A stretch of DNA of 64,000 nucleotides from the human T2T-CHM13v2.0 reference genome, Homo sapiens: assembly GCF_009914755.1 (NCBI RefSeq), contig NC_060925.1; one strand, 5' to 3'. The notes under the pieces are model-generated. The model ran no database searches and was not told the origin of the DNA. It was given only the letters and a program-made list of their open reading frames with translations. Positions 1 to 18,412 of the stretch are shown here, piece after piece. Both the position numbers and the translations under genes were made by a program. Position 1 is the stretch's first letter; each line of letters starts with the position of its first letter.

Positions 1-345
1 TTATTCCAAAATATGGCAAGTACCATTCTAGACTGAATAATTTTACCAGTACTTGCTTCACAAAATTAGGGCGGCATCCAGAGAATTCAAGTTGGAGATT
101 TAATAAAAAGGGAATACGAATTTCCTCTAGAAGGGATTAAGAATCATTCCTGCTAAGAACCTTGAGTGACGTTTTGTTGCCTGGCAGCTAAAATAATTTG
201 TCTCTTTCCATGAGTATGTTGTCTTGTGCTGTGTTAACTTCCTGATACCTAAGCTTAAAGTGAGGGCCAAAGGACAAATTCAGTGCCTATATGTATTCCT
301 AACACGTTGGTCTTGCCCTGTTTGTCTCCCTGTCCTTCTGCTCAG

Positions 346-408
346 GTTCCATACTGCCCTCTGTAGGAAGCTCTGTAGGCAGTGTAAACGGATACCACAC
401 CTGCAAAG
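346..408 (+). CDS. MACF1: MACF1 coding exon, 63 nt, phase 1-1 (GSILPSVGSSVGSVNGYHTCK), probable cassette exon
   Basis: Pyrimidine tract and ctcag acceptor, AAG|gtgaga donor; reads in frame into DLTEIQCD of the next exon. Confidence 0.85.
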
Positions 409-1087
409 GTGAGAATGCCATTTCAACAGTGCTTCTTTGTTGGATGTGTTAGGACAGTGTCTATGTTTGCATCTGTGTATGTTGCAATATGTGGTGGAAG
501 AACTGCTGCCAGAATGGGTGTGAGGATAAAAATCTGGGGAGAAGCAACTGTGGTTTGCTGGCTATAGACCATAAACAGGTTGGCAGCCCCTGAAGCTAAA
601 GGTATTGTAGAAATACAATAGATTGGATCACTAGATAAGGCAAATAGGGAAGGAACTCAAAGAAAATATATGTTAATCTTTGAATTATAAAGAAGTTATA
701 CTAGAGATAATCTAGTCTAGCTCTCAGCCTCCCAGCTAGGTGACTTCTCTGTAGTTTGGAGAAGAAGGAATGGAAGAATGCTCCAAGTCCCTTAATCCCA
801 ATAGTAAACTAAGGTTAATTTCTTACTTTGCTCCCTTCACTTTTGTTGTTCCCATGTTTAGCATTTTAAGGTATACATCTGAGTATATAATGCCAAAACC
901 AGAAAGCAGATTAATGAGAACGCTTTTGTTTTGTGTATATAAATGGGAACTTTTGTATGATTTAGCAGGAAGATAATCTCTAATTCACTAGAAGGAGTAA
1001 GAGAGATGCAAGTAATTTAGGAGTGAGGAGTCAAGGAGCATACTCGAAGAGCTGTCTCCAATCTGATTTCTGTTTCTATGATACTAG

Positions 1088-1329
1088 ATCTGACGGAGAT
1101 CCAGTGTGACATGTCAGATGTAAACTTGAAGTATGAGAAACTAGGGGGAGTACTTCATGAACGCCAGGAAAGCCTTCAGGCTATCCTCAACAGAATGGAG
1201 GAGGTTCACAAGGAGGCAAACTCTGTGCTGCAGTGGCTGGAATCAAAAGAGGAAGTCCTGAAATCCATGGATGCCATGTCATCTCCAACCAAGACAGAAA
1301 CAGTGAAAGCCCAAGCTGAATCTAACAAG
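1088..1329 (+). CDS. MACF1: MACF1 coding exon, spectrin-repeat rod (DLTEIQCD...AESNK)
   Basis: tag acceptor, AAG|gtactg donor, 242 nt, phase 1-0; lies in ORF 1078..1347. Confidence 0.95.
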
Positions 1330-2128
1330 GTACTGTGTTTACATTAGTTGCCTCCCAACACCAAGAGGAAGAGACAGCTGTACCAGTGTTCCTGCCCAAG
1401 CCCAGGTATCTGAGAGAGAGACATGGGCAACAATCTAGGCTGTGATGGGCAGTATGTTTGACATTCTAAATGATTAATATGCCTTAACTCTCCTAGAGAA
1501 TTTTCTTATGAAATTAGAAATTGTTATAAGTTAGATTCAGAAACAAAACCAGGTATGTTTGCAGAAAAAGAATAGCCCTCCCCAGAATCGTTAGCTCATT
1601 GAGAATGGGATCTCATTTTCTATATGATGCTGTAAGCAAGACAAACCATTCTTATCAAAGTATCTTTCCAATTCTTAGAGGGATCTAAATAACAGTGATT
1701 ACAGTTCATTCTTAAGATTGACATGTGAGACTAGGAAAAATGTCAGAAGATATAAGACCACAGAAAATCCTGTAGGCAAGTTTCACCAAAACTTTTAATA
1801 TTCCCATTGAGCGTAGCATCTCATCTCCTTCAAGATATGTTATCATCATATCTTGGTATTTTTAGTTTATTTTGATTAATAATTCCTTCTTATTGAGTTC
1901 TACTGATGTATTATACATAAAAGAAACTCAGATCCTGCCATTTAGATTTTCATTTTAAAATAAAAATTGAAGTAGAAGGGTTAAGTATCTTAACACCACT
2001 AAACAAGTCATTGATAGGATCCTAGTAGAGTCTATAATAACTGCCCAGTTTTCCAATCATTTCTACCACACACACAACTTTGTTTCCTGTCCAGAATCTC
2101 ATGGCATGCATGGCATTCTTTCTCCTAG

Positions 2129-2258
2129 GCCTTCCTGGCTGAGTTGGAACAGAATTCTCCAAAAATTCAAAAAGTAAAGGAAGCCCTGGCTGGATTACTG
2201 GTGACATATCCCAACTCACAGGAAGCAGAAAATTGGAAGAAAATTCAGGAAGAACTCA
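2129..2258 (+). CDS. MACF1: MACF1 coding exon (AFLAELEQNSPK...IQEEL)
   Basis: ctcctag acceptor, TCA|gtaagt donor, 130 nt, phase 0-1. Confidence 0.95.
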
Positions 2259-2509
2259 GTAAGTTTTCACAAGAGTGTTACAAATTTGCTAAGTTACTTG
2301 TCTTCAAAGCAAGTAGAGAATTTCAGCACATCCTATAAAACAGGAATTATTTTTAGTTAATTTTTATAAATAAGCAATTAGGATCCAGATAGGGCCAGAG
2401 CATGAGCCTGAATTGGGAAGAAAATTAGAAATTCCACTCAAAAAGTCAGAAGTTTGGCTTTCTTGGGCAAGTCAAACTGGTAATCTACTGTGATCAAGAA
2501 CCAAAGAGA

Positions 2510-2805
2510 GGCCAGGAACAGTGCCTCACACCTGTAATCTCAGCACTTTGGGAATCTGAGACAGGAGGATTGCTTGAAGCTAGGGGTTCAAACCAGTCTG
2601 GGCAACATAGCAAGATCCTGTCTCTACAAAAAGCAAGGAAAAACAAATTAGCCAGGTGTGGTGGCATGAGCCTGGAGTCCTAGCTACTGGGGAGGCTGAG
2701 GCGAGACGATTGCTTGAGCCCAGGAGTTCAAGGCTGCAGTGAGCTATGATTGTGCCACTGAACTCCAACCTGGGCAACAGAGAGGGACCTTGTCTCCAAA
2801 AAAAA
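2510..2805 (+). mobile_element. Alu (J-like)
   Basis: Dimeric Alu with A tail; target-site duplication similar to aagaac[c/t]aaagaga. Confidence 0.9.
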
Positions 2806-2945
2806 CGTAACAAAAGAACTAAAGAGAGTATTAATGATAAAAATGAAAGATGGAAATAATAAAAATATTCAATAAAGAGATTAGATAAATTGTGTACTCA
2901 TAATATTGAACTGTAAACAATGTAGATGAATTTTTTTTAATTTAA

Positions 2946-3733
<788 letters not shown>

Positions 3734-3837
3734 ACGCTTCTGGGGTCATTTCCTGCAGTATATTAGGAACATAACTTAGGTACCAGGCCAGTTGTTGATA
3801 ATGTAAAGGAATACATTCCCTCATTTCCTCTCTACAG

Positions 3838-4037
3838 ATTCCCGATGGGAAAGGGCCACTGAGGTTACTGTGGCTCGGCAAAGGCAGCTAGAGGAATCTG
3901 CAAGTCATCTGGCCTGCTTCCAGGCTGCAGAATCCCAGCTCCGGCCGTGGCTGATGGAGAAAGAACTGATGATGGGAGTGCTGGGGCCCCTGTCTATTGA
4001 CCCCAACATGTTGAATGCACAAAAGCAACAGGTCCAG
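3838..4037 (+). CDS. MACF1: MACF1 coding exon (NSRWERA...QKQQVQ)
   Basis: ctacag acceptor, CAG|gtgagc donor, 200 nt, phase 1-0. Confidence 0.95.
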
Positions 4038-4307
4038 GTGAGCAATATAGCAACAAAGAAATTGGAATCACATGAAACTGGGTTTGAATGTTTCTCCCAG
4101 TAAGTAGATTTCATGTGATCCTGGACAAGTCATTTAATCTCTCAGAGTCTCAGTTTAAATGAGGTATTTATAAGGTGTTAATCATGGTGCCTGTAAAATA
4201 GTAAACAGTCAAAAACTCTATTATTATTATTAATAGAGACAGTAAGATGAGTAGATATGAGAATGGGGAGTTTTTCTGACTAAATTGTGGAATTACATTT
4301 TACTTTT

Positions 4308-4580
4308 GGCTGGGCGTGGTGGCTCACACCTGTAATCCCAGCACTTTGGGAGGTCGAGGTGGGCGGGTCACAAGGTCAGGAGATCAAGACCATCCTGGCT
4401 AACACAATGAAACCCTGTCTCTACTAAAAATACAAAAAATTAGCCAGGCGTGGTGGCATGTGCCTGAAATCCCAGCTACTTGGGAGGCTGAGGCAGGAGA
4501 ATCATTTGAACCCAGGAGGCTGAGGTTGCAGTGTCCTGTCCGGACAGTAGAGCGTGACTCCGTCTCAAAAAAAAAAAAAA
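4308..4580 (+). mobile_element. Alu (S-like), right-arm deletion
   Basis: Alu consensus match. Confidence 0.88.
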
Positions 4581-4704
4581 TTTTTTTTTACTTGTAATCC
4601 CCTGTGATAGTGATCCACATTACTTAATATCTTATATCTGCCGGCTTTACATAGGATTTTCTGTGATCAAACCTCAAAAAAATTGATTTAAGTGCCTAAC
4701 ATCA

Positions 4705-5019
<315 letters not shown>

Positions 5020-5235
5020 TTAGGTTGGTCAAAATTATGTCATTCCCAATGAAATCCTGCCTGGAGGCTTTTACTTCTTTTACATTCTCCCGCAGCCTGG
5101 TCCATGTCTTCTCAACTTACCAGGTTCCTTAAATTAAGACCTAAGAGTACTTTTTGAAGGAACTGCTTCTTTTAGTTCCTGCATCCAGGTAATTATTGAG
5201 TCCTATTTAGTCTACTTAACAAATATTTTTCTAAT

Positions 5236-5960
<725 letters not shown>

Positions 5961-6269
5961 GTATGTCTGCTAATCCTAGACCCTCCCCTGAAGTGCCTTT
6001 CACCAGCCTTAATCTCTGCTCTGCTTGGAGAACTGCTCGTTCTTTATTGTCACATCTAGGGAGCCTTTCCTAATTTCTGTCTTCTGCCATTTGTCATCCC
6101 CAGCGGAATTAGCCACCCTATTCCATGCTTTCACAGTTCTGTGTTGCGTGTTCACATCAGAGTTTAATCATTTTTACTTTTGTTACATTTTATTATAGTT
6201 CATTGTTTACACATTTGTCATTTCGTGAGGCTATGTCTTATTTATTTTTGTGCAGTGTAAATACTGAGT

Positions 6270-6460
6270 ACTTTCTATAAATTATCTCATTTAATCCTTA
6301 TAACAGCCAAAGTAAGTACTTTACTGTCCTCATTTTACAGATGAGGAAGCTGGGGTTTGAGAACTTATGAAATCTTGCCTAAGGTCATACAGCTAGTAGG
6401 TGACAGAACCAGGATTTGAACACAGGCAGTCTGACTCCACATCCTGTAATCTTAACTTTT
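6270..6460 (-). mobile_element. MIR
   Basis: cattttacagatgaggaagctgggg...aaggtcatacagctagta MIR core. Confidence 0.75.
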
Positions 6461-6851
6461 TTGATGAAAGCAGCAAGGGATATGAAAAGAAAAAAAAGCC
6501 ATAGTCATTGCCTTAAAGAAGCTCTTTGTCTAATTATGCTATATTATAAAATACAGATTGTATATGCTCTTCGAATTCTAAGAAAGAAACTAAGAAAAAC
6601 AGACACTGAGAGTTGACATGGCAAGCCCAGCTAGTAATACAGCTGGCTCTGGGATCCAGTGTTCTGAACTCCCAATTCAGAGGCTTGGGTATTGCATGGC
6701 AAAGCAGATGAATGCCAACTTTAATTTCTCAGCCGTGTCTGGCCTTAGTAACTGACATTGAAACAGAATGGGACAAATAAGGAAAAGAAATAAAATAGGA
6801 ACAATCAGTGATCCTTTCAAAGTAAGTTTTTATTAAGCAATTGTTAAGTGA

Positions 6852-7268
<417 letters not shown>

Positions 7269-7318
7269 TAGATCTGTTTTTTTCCTGTCTAAACATCTTG
7301 GTGTCATTTCTATTTCAG

Positions 7319-7814
7319 TTTATGCTAAAGGAATTTGAAGCACGCAGGCAACAGCATGAGCAACTGAATGAGGCAGCTCAGGGCATCCTAACAGGCCCTG
7401 GAGATGTCTCTCTGTCCACCAGCCAAGTACAGAAAGAACTCCAGAGCATCAATCAGAAATGGGTTGAGCTGACTGACAAACTCAACTCCCGTTCCAGCCA
7501 AATTGACCAAGCTATTGTTAAGAGCACCCAGTACCAGGAACTGCTCCAGGACTTATCAGAGAAGGTGAGGGCAGTTGGACAACGGCTGAGTGTCCAGTCA
7601 GCTATCAGCACCCAACCAGAGGCTGTAAAGCAGCAATTGGAAGAGACCAGTGAAATTCGATCTGACTTGGAGCAGTTAGACCACGAGGTTAAGGAGGCTC
7701 AGACACTGTGCGATGAACTCTCAGTGCTCATTGGTGAGCAGTACCTCAAGGATGAACTGAAGAAGCGTTTGGAGACAGTTGCCCTGCCTCTCCAAGGTTT
7801 AGAAGACCTTGCAG
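7319..7814 (+). CDS. MACF1: MACF1 coding exon (FMLKEFEARR...GLEDLA)
   Basis: tttcag acceptor, CAG|gtaagt donor, 496 nt, phase 0-1. Confidence 0.95.
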
Positions 7815-8170
7815 GTAAGTTGGGGTGAAGAACATACTTCTGCCATTATTAGAGGCAAGCAGAAAGAAGGAATGGGTTAGGAGTAGTCCCAAGATTCTAG
7901 GATTCCCTTACGTAATTTGTAGACTCAGAATGGTGTTAAACCAATTCCTTCTCCTAGTTGCAGTGAGAACTGTTGTAGTTGTTACACAGTGAACACTTAA
8001 AAATGTGAAGGTTTACATAGCATAGTCCTAAAGATAAAAGCTCTAATAAAATTTCAGTCAGCAAGTAGAGATTCATCCCCATAGATGTACTGATAAATGG
8101 AGTTCCACATATACTCTCATTGATACCCACTTTTTTTTTTTTTTTAATATTATGCATACCACACACACAC

Positions 8171-8749
<579 letters not shown>

Positions 8750-9071
8750 GCTTCTGGACTTCTTATGATAACTTGGTAGAAGAAAAATTGTGCCATTAAT
8801 TTATTATTTATTTTTCTGGAACTGTTTATGACTTTCACGTTTACCAGCTAGAAGTCAAAGTTTACTTCTGTTACTTAGATCACCTTACAAGGTTGATACG
8901 AGGATTAAATAAGATAGTGTACATGAAGGAGCCTAATTATATGCCTCTTTTTGGTAGGCCCTCAAGTAACATTAGTTCCCTTCCCCCAAGATTAGACCGT
9001 ATACTCTCAGCAAACATTTTAAATGCCAGGGTTCAGGCTTTATTGATTTCAATTTTATTTTCTCATTTCAG

Positions 9072-10543
9072 CCGATCGCATTAACAGACTCCAGGCAGCT
9101 CTTGCCAGCACCCAGCAGTTCCAGCAAATGTTTGATGAGTTGAGGACCTGGTTGGATGATAAACAAAGCCAGCAAGCAAAAAACTGCCCAATTTCTGCAA
9201 AATTGGAGCGGCTACAGTCTCAGCTACAGGAGAATGAAGAGTTTCAGAAAAGTCTTAATCAACACAGTGGCTCCTATGAGGTGATTGTGGCTGAAGGGGA
9301 ATCTCTACTTCTTTCTGTACCTCCTGGAGAAGAGAAAAGGACTCTACAAAACCAGTTGGTTGAGCTCAAAAACCATTGGGAAGAGCTTAGTAAAAAAACT
9401 GCAGACAGACAATCCAGGCTCAAGGATTGTATGCAGAAAGCTCAGAAATATCAGTGGCATGTGGAAGACCTTGTGCCATGGATAGAAGATTGTAAAGCTA
9501 AGATGTCTGAGTTGCGAGTCACTCTGGATCCAGTGCAGCTAGAGTCCAGTCTCCTAAGATCAAAGGCTATGCTGAATGAGGTGGAGAAGCGCCGCTCCCT
9601 GCTGGAAATATTGAATAGTGCTGCTGACATTCTGATCAATTCTTCAGAAGCAGATGAGGATGGAATCCGGGATGAGAAGGCTGGGATCAACCAGAACATG
9701 GATGCTGTTACAGAAGAGCTGCAGGCCAAAACAGGGTCACTCGAAGAAATGACTCAGAGGCTCAGGGAGTTCCAGGAAAGCTTTAAGAATATTGAAAAGA
9801 AGGTTGAAGGAGCCAAACACCAACTTGAGATCTTTGATGCTCTGGGTTCTCAAGCCTGTAGCAACAAGAACCTGGAGAAGCTAAGAGCTCAACAGGAAGT
9901 GCTGCAGGCCCTAGAGCCTCAGGTAGACTATCTGAGGAACTTTACTCAGGGTCTGGTAGAAGATGCCCCAGATGGATCTGATGCTTCTCAACTTCTCCAC
10001 CAAGCTGAGGTCGCCCAGCAAGAGTTCCTCGAAGTTAAGCAAAGAGTGAACAGTGGTTGTGTGATGATGGAAAACAAGCTGGAGGGGATTGGCCAGTTTC
10101 ACTGCCGGGTCCGAGAGATGTTCTCTCAATTGGCAGACCTGGATGATGAGCTAGATGGCATGGGTGCTATTGGCAGAGACACTGATAGCCTCCAGTCCCA
10201 AATCGAGGATGTCCGGCTATTCCTTAACAAAATTCACGTCCTCAAATTAGACATAGAGGCCTCTGAAGCAGAGTGTCGACATATGCTAGAAGAAGAGGGG
10301 ACTCTGGATTTGTTAGGTCTCAAAAGGGAGCTAGAAGCCCTGAACAAACAGTGTGGCAAACTGACAGAGAGGGGGAAAGCTCGTCAGGAACAGCTGGAAC
10401 TGACACTAGGCCGTGTAGAGGACTTCTACAGGAAATTGAAAGGACTCAATGACGCGACCACAGCAGCAGAGGAGGCAGAGGCCCTCCAGTGGGTAGTGGG
10501 GACCGAAGTGGAAATCATCAACCAACAATTAGCAGATTTTAAA
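9072..10543 (+). CDS. MACF1: MACF1 large coding exon, several spectrin repeats (ADRINRL...QLADFK)
   Basis: tttcag acceptor, AAA|gtaagt donor, 1472 nt, phase 1-0; ORF 9128..10597. Confidence 0.95.
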
Positions 10544-10710
10544 GTAAGTCTGAACCTTGTTTTTCTTTTTCTTTTACATGTATTTATTTGCTTGTAACTT
10601 GGAAACCAGTCAAGTATACATTTTAACTTCTGTCCCTAGTTTTATTATTGTCACTTCCATCACCATGAAAGCACACTGTCTGAAGACTAAATAGTCTCTC
10701 GGACTTCTGA

Positions 10711-11112
<402 letters not shown>

Positions 11113-11236
11113 TAGAAAGAAATGTCCAAGTCTTATCTCTTACTCTAAGAATTTCCTTTTAGGATTTCTTGAGATTTCAGATTACCAGATTTTGTAATAG
11201 CAGTGAATGTATCTTCAGGTCTCTGGTTTTTGTGTG

Positions 11237-11545
11237 TTTTTTTTTTTTTTTTTTTTTTTTTGGAGACAGAGTCTTGCTCTGTAGCCCAGGTTGGAGTGCA
11301 GTGGGGCGATCTAGGCTCACTGAAACCTCCACCTCCGGGGTCCAAGTGATCCTCCTGCCTCAGCCTCCCAAGTAGCTGGGGTTACAGTCGCTCACCACCA
11401 CGCCTGGTTAATTTTTATATTTTTAGTAGAGATGGGGTTTCACCATATTGGCCAGGCTGGTCTCGATCTCCTGACCTCAAGTGATCCACCCGCCCTAGCC
11501 TCCCAAAGTGCTGGGATTACAGGCATTAGTCACCGCACTCAGCCC
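11237..11545 (-). mobile_element. Alu (S-like)
   Basis: Alu consensus match. Confidence 0.9.
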
Positions 11546-12710
11546 CCTGTTTTTCAAATTGAGGTATGAAAAGCCGTAAGTTAAACATAGTCTCATCTTC
11601 CTAAAGGGTTTATTTTACATAGATTTTAGGGGAGGATATTGATGTATATTTGATATATTATGGAATAAAACATAAAATTATCATTAATTGTTAAGATAAA
11701 ACATGACACTTCAAATAAATCTCCCATTTATATAGTAAGCAGCTTAATAATACATCCCAGACTCCTCAAGAGTACAAGTTCTTTGCCTATAGGAAAGAAG
11801 TTTGAGAAGTACTGCCTTAATTGCAAAAATACTTTAATTCTTTGCCTGAGCCAAAATCTCCATTCCTGAGATTGTGTGAGTATAAATTAAAGTAACAGGA
11901 GATGATTACATGACCCAAAAGTGTGGATTTACTGGGTTAGGAGCACATCTGTTGGATCTTGGTTCTCACTATATTAACCTGTTGCCCCTAGAGTTTTCCT
12001 TGTGGTAAATACGTAAAAGTCTCTCACTCTGCCACTGTACATGGAATAGATTTGGAAAGGATACTTTCAGCACTTTGTTTCCATCACTAGAGTTAATTAT
12101 TCCTGCTTACACAGTTAACACTCCTGCCATTAAAGTAAAATTGTGATCTCAGAGACCCTGCTTGCCAGCGTTATTTATCTTAAAAACATGGATGCAGAGG
12201 TAATGTTGACACCAGCTCAGAGCCACGTAGTCCTAGAGACGTCACAGTTTTGTAGACAGGATCCAAGTGCAAAAATGTGGCTGTTTCAGAAGGGCCCCTC
12301 TAGGAGCTTGGGAGAAATTCAGCACTAAAGTGGGACATTGGCTGAAGGCCTTCTTACCATGTTTGGAGATAGTACAATTTTGAGCAAGAGGAGTCATCGT
12401 ATTTGGGTTTCTTGAGGCACCCAGATAAGGAAAGGGTAGGTAGAGAAAACGTAAACCCGTGAAGCAGTGCATTCCTCTTAGAAACTTCCTTTCTAGTGGT
12501 AGTGTGGCCTTCCCTGTTTCAGCTTGCACATTTTTCTTTCCTCTTTTGTTATAAGTGTCTCAAAAGCAGAGACTTTCTTCTACAGGTATGCTTCAGTTAT
12601 CCAATTTACTTGCATCCAGGCTATTTAGAATTAACCATCTAACCAACTCAATGAAATTTTTAGAAAACTGAAACTTATCCCTTTAGGCTCCAAAATAGTT
12701 TTGTTTTATC

Positions 12711-13042
<332 letters not shown>

Positions 13043-15066
13043 TTATATAGGAATTATTTTAAACTCAATTTGCCTAATTTTCTAAATATGTATTATGCAT
13101 AAGTTTTTTTTAATGAGTGCAGGTTAACATTATTTAAATGGTTGTACTGTCTATACTATGGTGATATTCTCAAGGATGTGAGACACATTTGGAGCTGCTT
13201 TGTATTAAGTATTCCCAAATTACTGTGCACTTTGATTTCTATATTGAAGTTATTGTTTAGGGCCTCTATAGTATTATACTGGTTGGATTGGCTGTGCATG
13301 TGTGTGTGGAGAGGAGGAGGTAATTTTGGGATTTCTGCCCACCACCATGATATTGGTTATTATTTCCTACTGCTATCACTTTTCACTGCTGTCATTTGGT
13401 CTGTGTAGTCTATTCCTCCCTTCTAATCTTCACTGAGCTAGAAAATGAGATAAACAGGCCTGTTAAAATTGCATTAGATATGAGCTAAAATGTACAAAAG
13501 AGTCCACATGCAGGCATAAATAGTGTTTGGATTTGAGGACAAGTCATCTTTTCCTTTTCATTTAATCCTTGGTTTCTAGAGACATTCTGACTTTTGATGT
13601 TGCTGGAAGATTTCAAAAAATTACTGGGCATTACTTTATCTTATTTCTATCCTAGTATGTTGCCTAATAGTGCTCAGAGTTCAATAGCACTTAGTTGCTT
13701 GTCATAGCCAAATTCGTTTCACTGATTTCTAAAAATAAGCCTTCCACCTCAGATACTCTGGATGTGAAGGCTGGGACTGGACACTGATCGGCTGGGCTCT
13801 TGCAGAGTGTGTTCATCAACAGTGGACTGGTGTTGACAAGGCAAGCCTGGAAGAAGAGTGGGAGAAGGGAGAAGGGTGGTGGAGTGTCCTGTGTGTAGTC
13901 CATTGTCAAGTCAGTAGGTAGTTACCATAAAATGATCAGTATCCACCCTCAAGTTGGGGATGCAAATCAAAAGCCCTGTTCCACCTGTCCACCTTGTAGG
14001 GAAGTCAAAAGCTTTGGAAAGAGTTTTTGCCTTCTCCCAGCAAAAATCTTTGGTCAGGAGGGGAGGAGCATATTCTTGGCTGAACTCATGCTGAGCTCAT
14101 CGGAAGTGAAAACAATGAGAGGAGAAAAATTCTGTGTGTCAGTTCCATAGTCCCCAGGAGGCCGCATAAAGGGAAGGTCTTTTTGGACCCATTCTGAGGA
14201 CTGAGTCATTTTCATGATTTGAGTGTGGAGTTCCTGGGTTAATGTATTATAGTCCAGCCATAGATTAATCTTTCCTTACTCCAGCAGCAGACCAGATTTA
14301 TAAAGTATGACTCTGTTTTCAGATTCAAATTATTTTTAATAAGGTAAAAACAAAGATGAAGATAAATATTTTTAAAAACAGCATTAGCTGTAAGTTTTCA
14401 GCTCTTTTTTTAATGGAATCATACTTTTAGCACAGAATCTGCACAAGAGAAGAGGATATGAATCTGGGAGACGGAAACTCTGCTTTAACCCAGCTAACTC
14501 CATGGGAGCTAGAATAGACAGATGAGTTAGGCCTGTGAAGAACCCCCCAGTCTTACTTGGGACTGTACAGTCTTGCTGATAGATCCATGGATCTGCAGTC
14601 TGTGGGGAAAATTATTTCTTCCTTAAATGAATGTGGAATACTAAAATACATTATTCCTAGGAAAGGCTTTCCCTCAGTTGCTTCTGAATGATTAGTAGGT
14701 CCTCACTGGCTGACCAGATTCTATCACATGGGAGTGGAAGAGAGTTCCTTTCCACTCAAACCAGGCAGAGATCTCAGGCTTCCTGAGTTAGGATCTTTAC
14801 CAGGTTCAGCTCTCTGTTGGAAGTAGAAAGGAAGAAGCCATTCTAGAAATCACTAATGAGAGGATTGAGCTTGTTTTCAGAAAGCTGGAAAGAAAAGACT
14901 TTGGCAAATCTCTTCAGGAAATTCCGTTTTCCTGAACAAGGGAGTCTGGTTATTGAGGAAAAGGAATTGTATGTGTCTAACAGGAGGCTAACAAGAAAGG
15001 AAGGACGTTTTTATCACTGAAACTTGAGCCAAAGAATTCCCCTAGAGTGACCTTCCTGGGAAGGGT

Positions 15067-15067
<1 letters not shown>

Positions 15068-15110
<43 letters not shown>
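15068..15110. repeat. Poly(A) plus (AT)n microsatellite
   Basis: Direct reading. Confidence 0.95.
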
Positions 15111-15114
<4 letters not shown>

Positions 15115-15394
15115 AAGTCTCTGATGATAACAAGAGATTTTCCTCATTTTGAAATTCCCTACGTAGGTTTTACTTGAACTGAGATCATTCTGAATCTTAA
15201 ACCAACCCCTCCTTTGCCCCCTGCTCCCCGCAAGAACCATGTGACTTCTCACTCAGAAAGTATTTGATGGTTTGGGCATCATACTGGTGAGCATTATCAA
15301 GAAACCTGGATGCACCTTCATTCACTTGTTTTTCATATGTATTTATATTGTTGTGTATTTGGGTCATGCTTCAGACTTGGCATTCTACCTCTCA

Positions 15395-15830
<436 letters not shown>

Positions 15831-16125
15831 TGGGAAAAATTGACTGACAGACCTCTTTAGGGTCTGCGAGTTTCTCATAGTGGTTCACTTCACCCAGTGG
15901 TGCATATAAAGCACCCAAACCAGTTGGTCTTTTCCTTTCTTGTCTTTGAGGCTGGGCTGCTGGGTTCTAATAGGTGCAGCATCAGGCTTCCTTAGGATTA
16001 TTTTCATTCCTAATTCAGGTTGAGCAGAGCCCAGGATCAGGGTCTCAGTATACTTGAAGTTTCTACCGGGGGACCTAGGTATCCTACTATGAAAACAGAA
16101 TAAGAAAGTCTTGTAAACGCCTTCA

Positions 16126-16126
<1 letters not shown>

Positions 16127-16164
<38 letters not shown>
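16127..16164. repeat. (GATT)n tetranucleotide repeat
   Basis: Direct reading, about 9 units. Confidence 0.95.
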
Positions 16165-16226
16165 TATTGCCACATAGAAAGCAAGCTTAGGCATCTTCAT
16201 GTGCACATGAGAAAAGCCCTGGAAGA

Positions 16227-16607
<381 letters not shown>

Positions 16608-16917
16608 TCAGCTCATGTACGTTTTTGGCAGTTAGTACACCTGCCTGAGAGTGAGTCACTGGAGGATAGAGCAAATGAGGTTAGCGTTATCTACCTGCCC
16701 TTGGAGAGACAGGAAATCACACTTGGTATGACCTGTCTGTCACCTGGAGGTTTAGGTTTCCCCAGCTTTACCAAGATGAGTGGGTATCCTCTATCCCTGC
16801 CAACCCCCACCTTGTGCTGACCCTTCCTTGGCCTGTCTTGGTTTTTTCCTTTCTTCCTTAAACAAAGCTACTCCAAATAGGAACTAGGGTCCAAGGAAAT
16901 AAAGACAGTATCCTAAA

Positions 16918-17160
16918 ATGGATTTCTCAATTTCGGCACTATTGACATTTTTTGGGGGTGGGTGGGGAGGAAAGGGGCAGCCACTCACGCCACCACCTCT
17001 GCCTGCCACTATCAACATTTTGGACTGGATAATTCTTTGTTGTGAGAAGCTGTCCTGTGCATTGTAGGCTGTTTAGCAGCATTTCTGACCTAGTAACTTC
17101 CCAGTTGTACAACTAAAAATGTCTCCCTGGAAGGCAGAATTACCCTCTGTTGAGAACTAT
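16918..17160 (-). mobile_element. MER20 (hAT-Charlie) with an internal insertion
   Basis: tttctcaatttcggcactattgacattt...ggataattctttgttgtg...tgtcctgtgcattgtagg matches the MER20 reverse complement as I recall it. Confidence 0.8.
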
Positions 17161-17945
17161 AGCCCTGGAAGAAATTGCCACCTATACATGGGAAACTTAG
17201 AATTCAGGTGGAATAGGTTACTAGTTAAATATTTATGTAACAAGCAGCCTTCTGATAATCTGATTATGACTGTGTGTAGTGGCAACAACCACTTCTAAGT
17301 CAGCTTTCCTTTAAGCCAGGCTCTGGATTCTTTATTTTTGCTGGCCTTAATCTGTGTCTGGCTTAACACCTCCTGGTCACTTTCCCTGGCTGGAATTTAC
17401 GTACAGTTGTCAGTTGTTGATGCAGGTGTTTGGTTGATGATGCATTGCCAAAGAGAAGAGGAACTTCCTTTGTGGACATACTTCAGGGAGCTTCCTTGTT
17501 CTGTGCCTTTAAGGGGAGACTACAGTCTCTCAGTTGTTCTCCACAGCCAACCAAGAGTTTGGCTGCTGATATTTATAACCCTTATGTGACCACCCCCACC
17601 TCCCCACCCCACAAAGAATTCCAATGCTCTGTAATAATCCTCTCCACCCCCACCATAGCAACTGGATGTGGAGAAGGTGAAGGAGCCTTTAAGGCCTTTA
17701 AGTTTGCTTCATGTTGAACCTTTTCCAGCTCCCTTTTAAAATATTGCCAGTTGTATTTTAAATATCAGTGTCACAAGCAAAATCCCAGGCTTGCAGCCAC
17801 TGCATCATCTTAAAGGAGCCTCATGCCCCAGTGAAGGTAGTAAAATTGAATGGAAGGTAGTAAAATCATCAAGAAAGGATTGATAGATTTTACAAAAATC
17901 TGTCTGGAAATTTGATAGCAAGGTGAGATTTTAAAGCAACAAACA

Positions 17946-18412
<467 letters not shown>

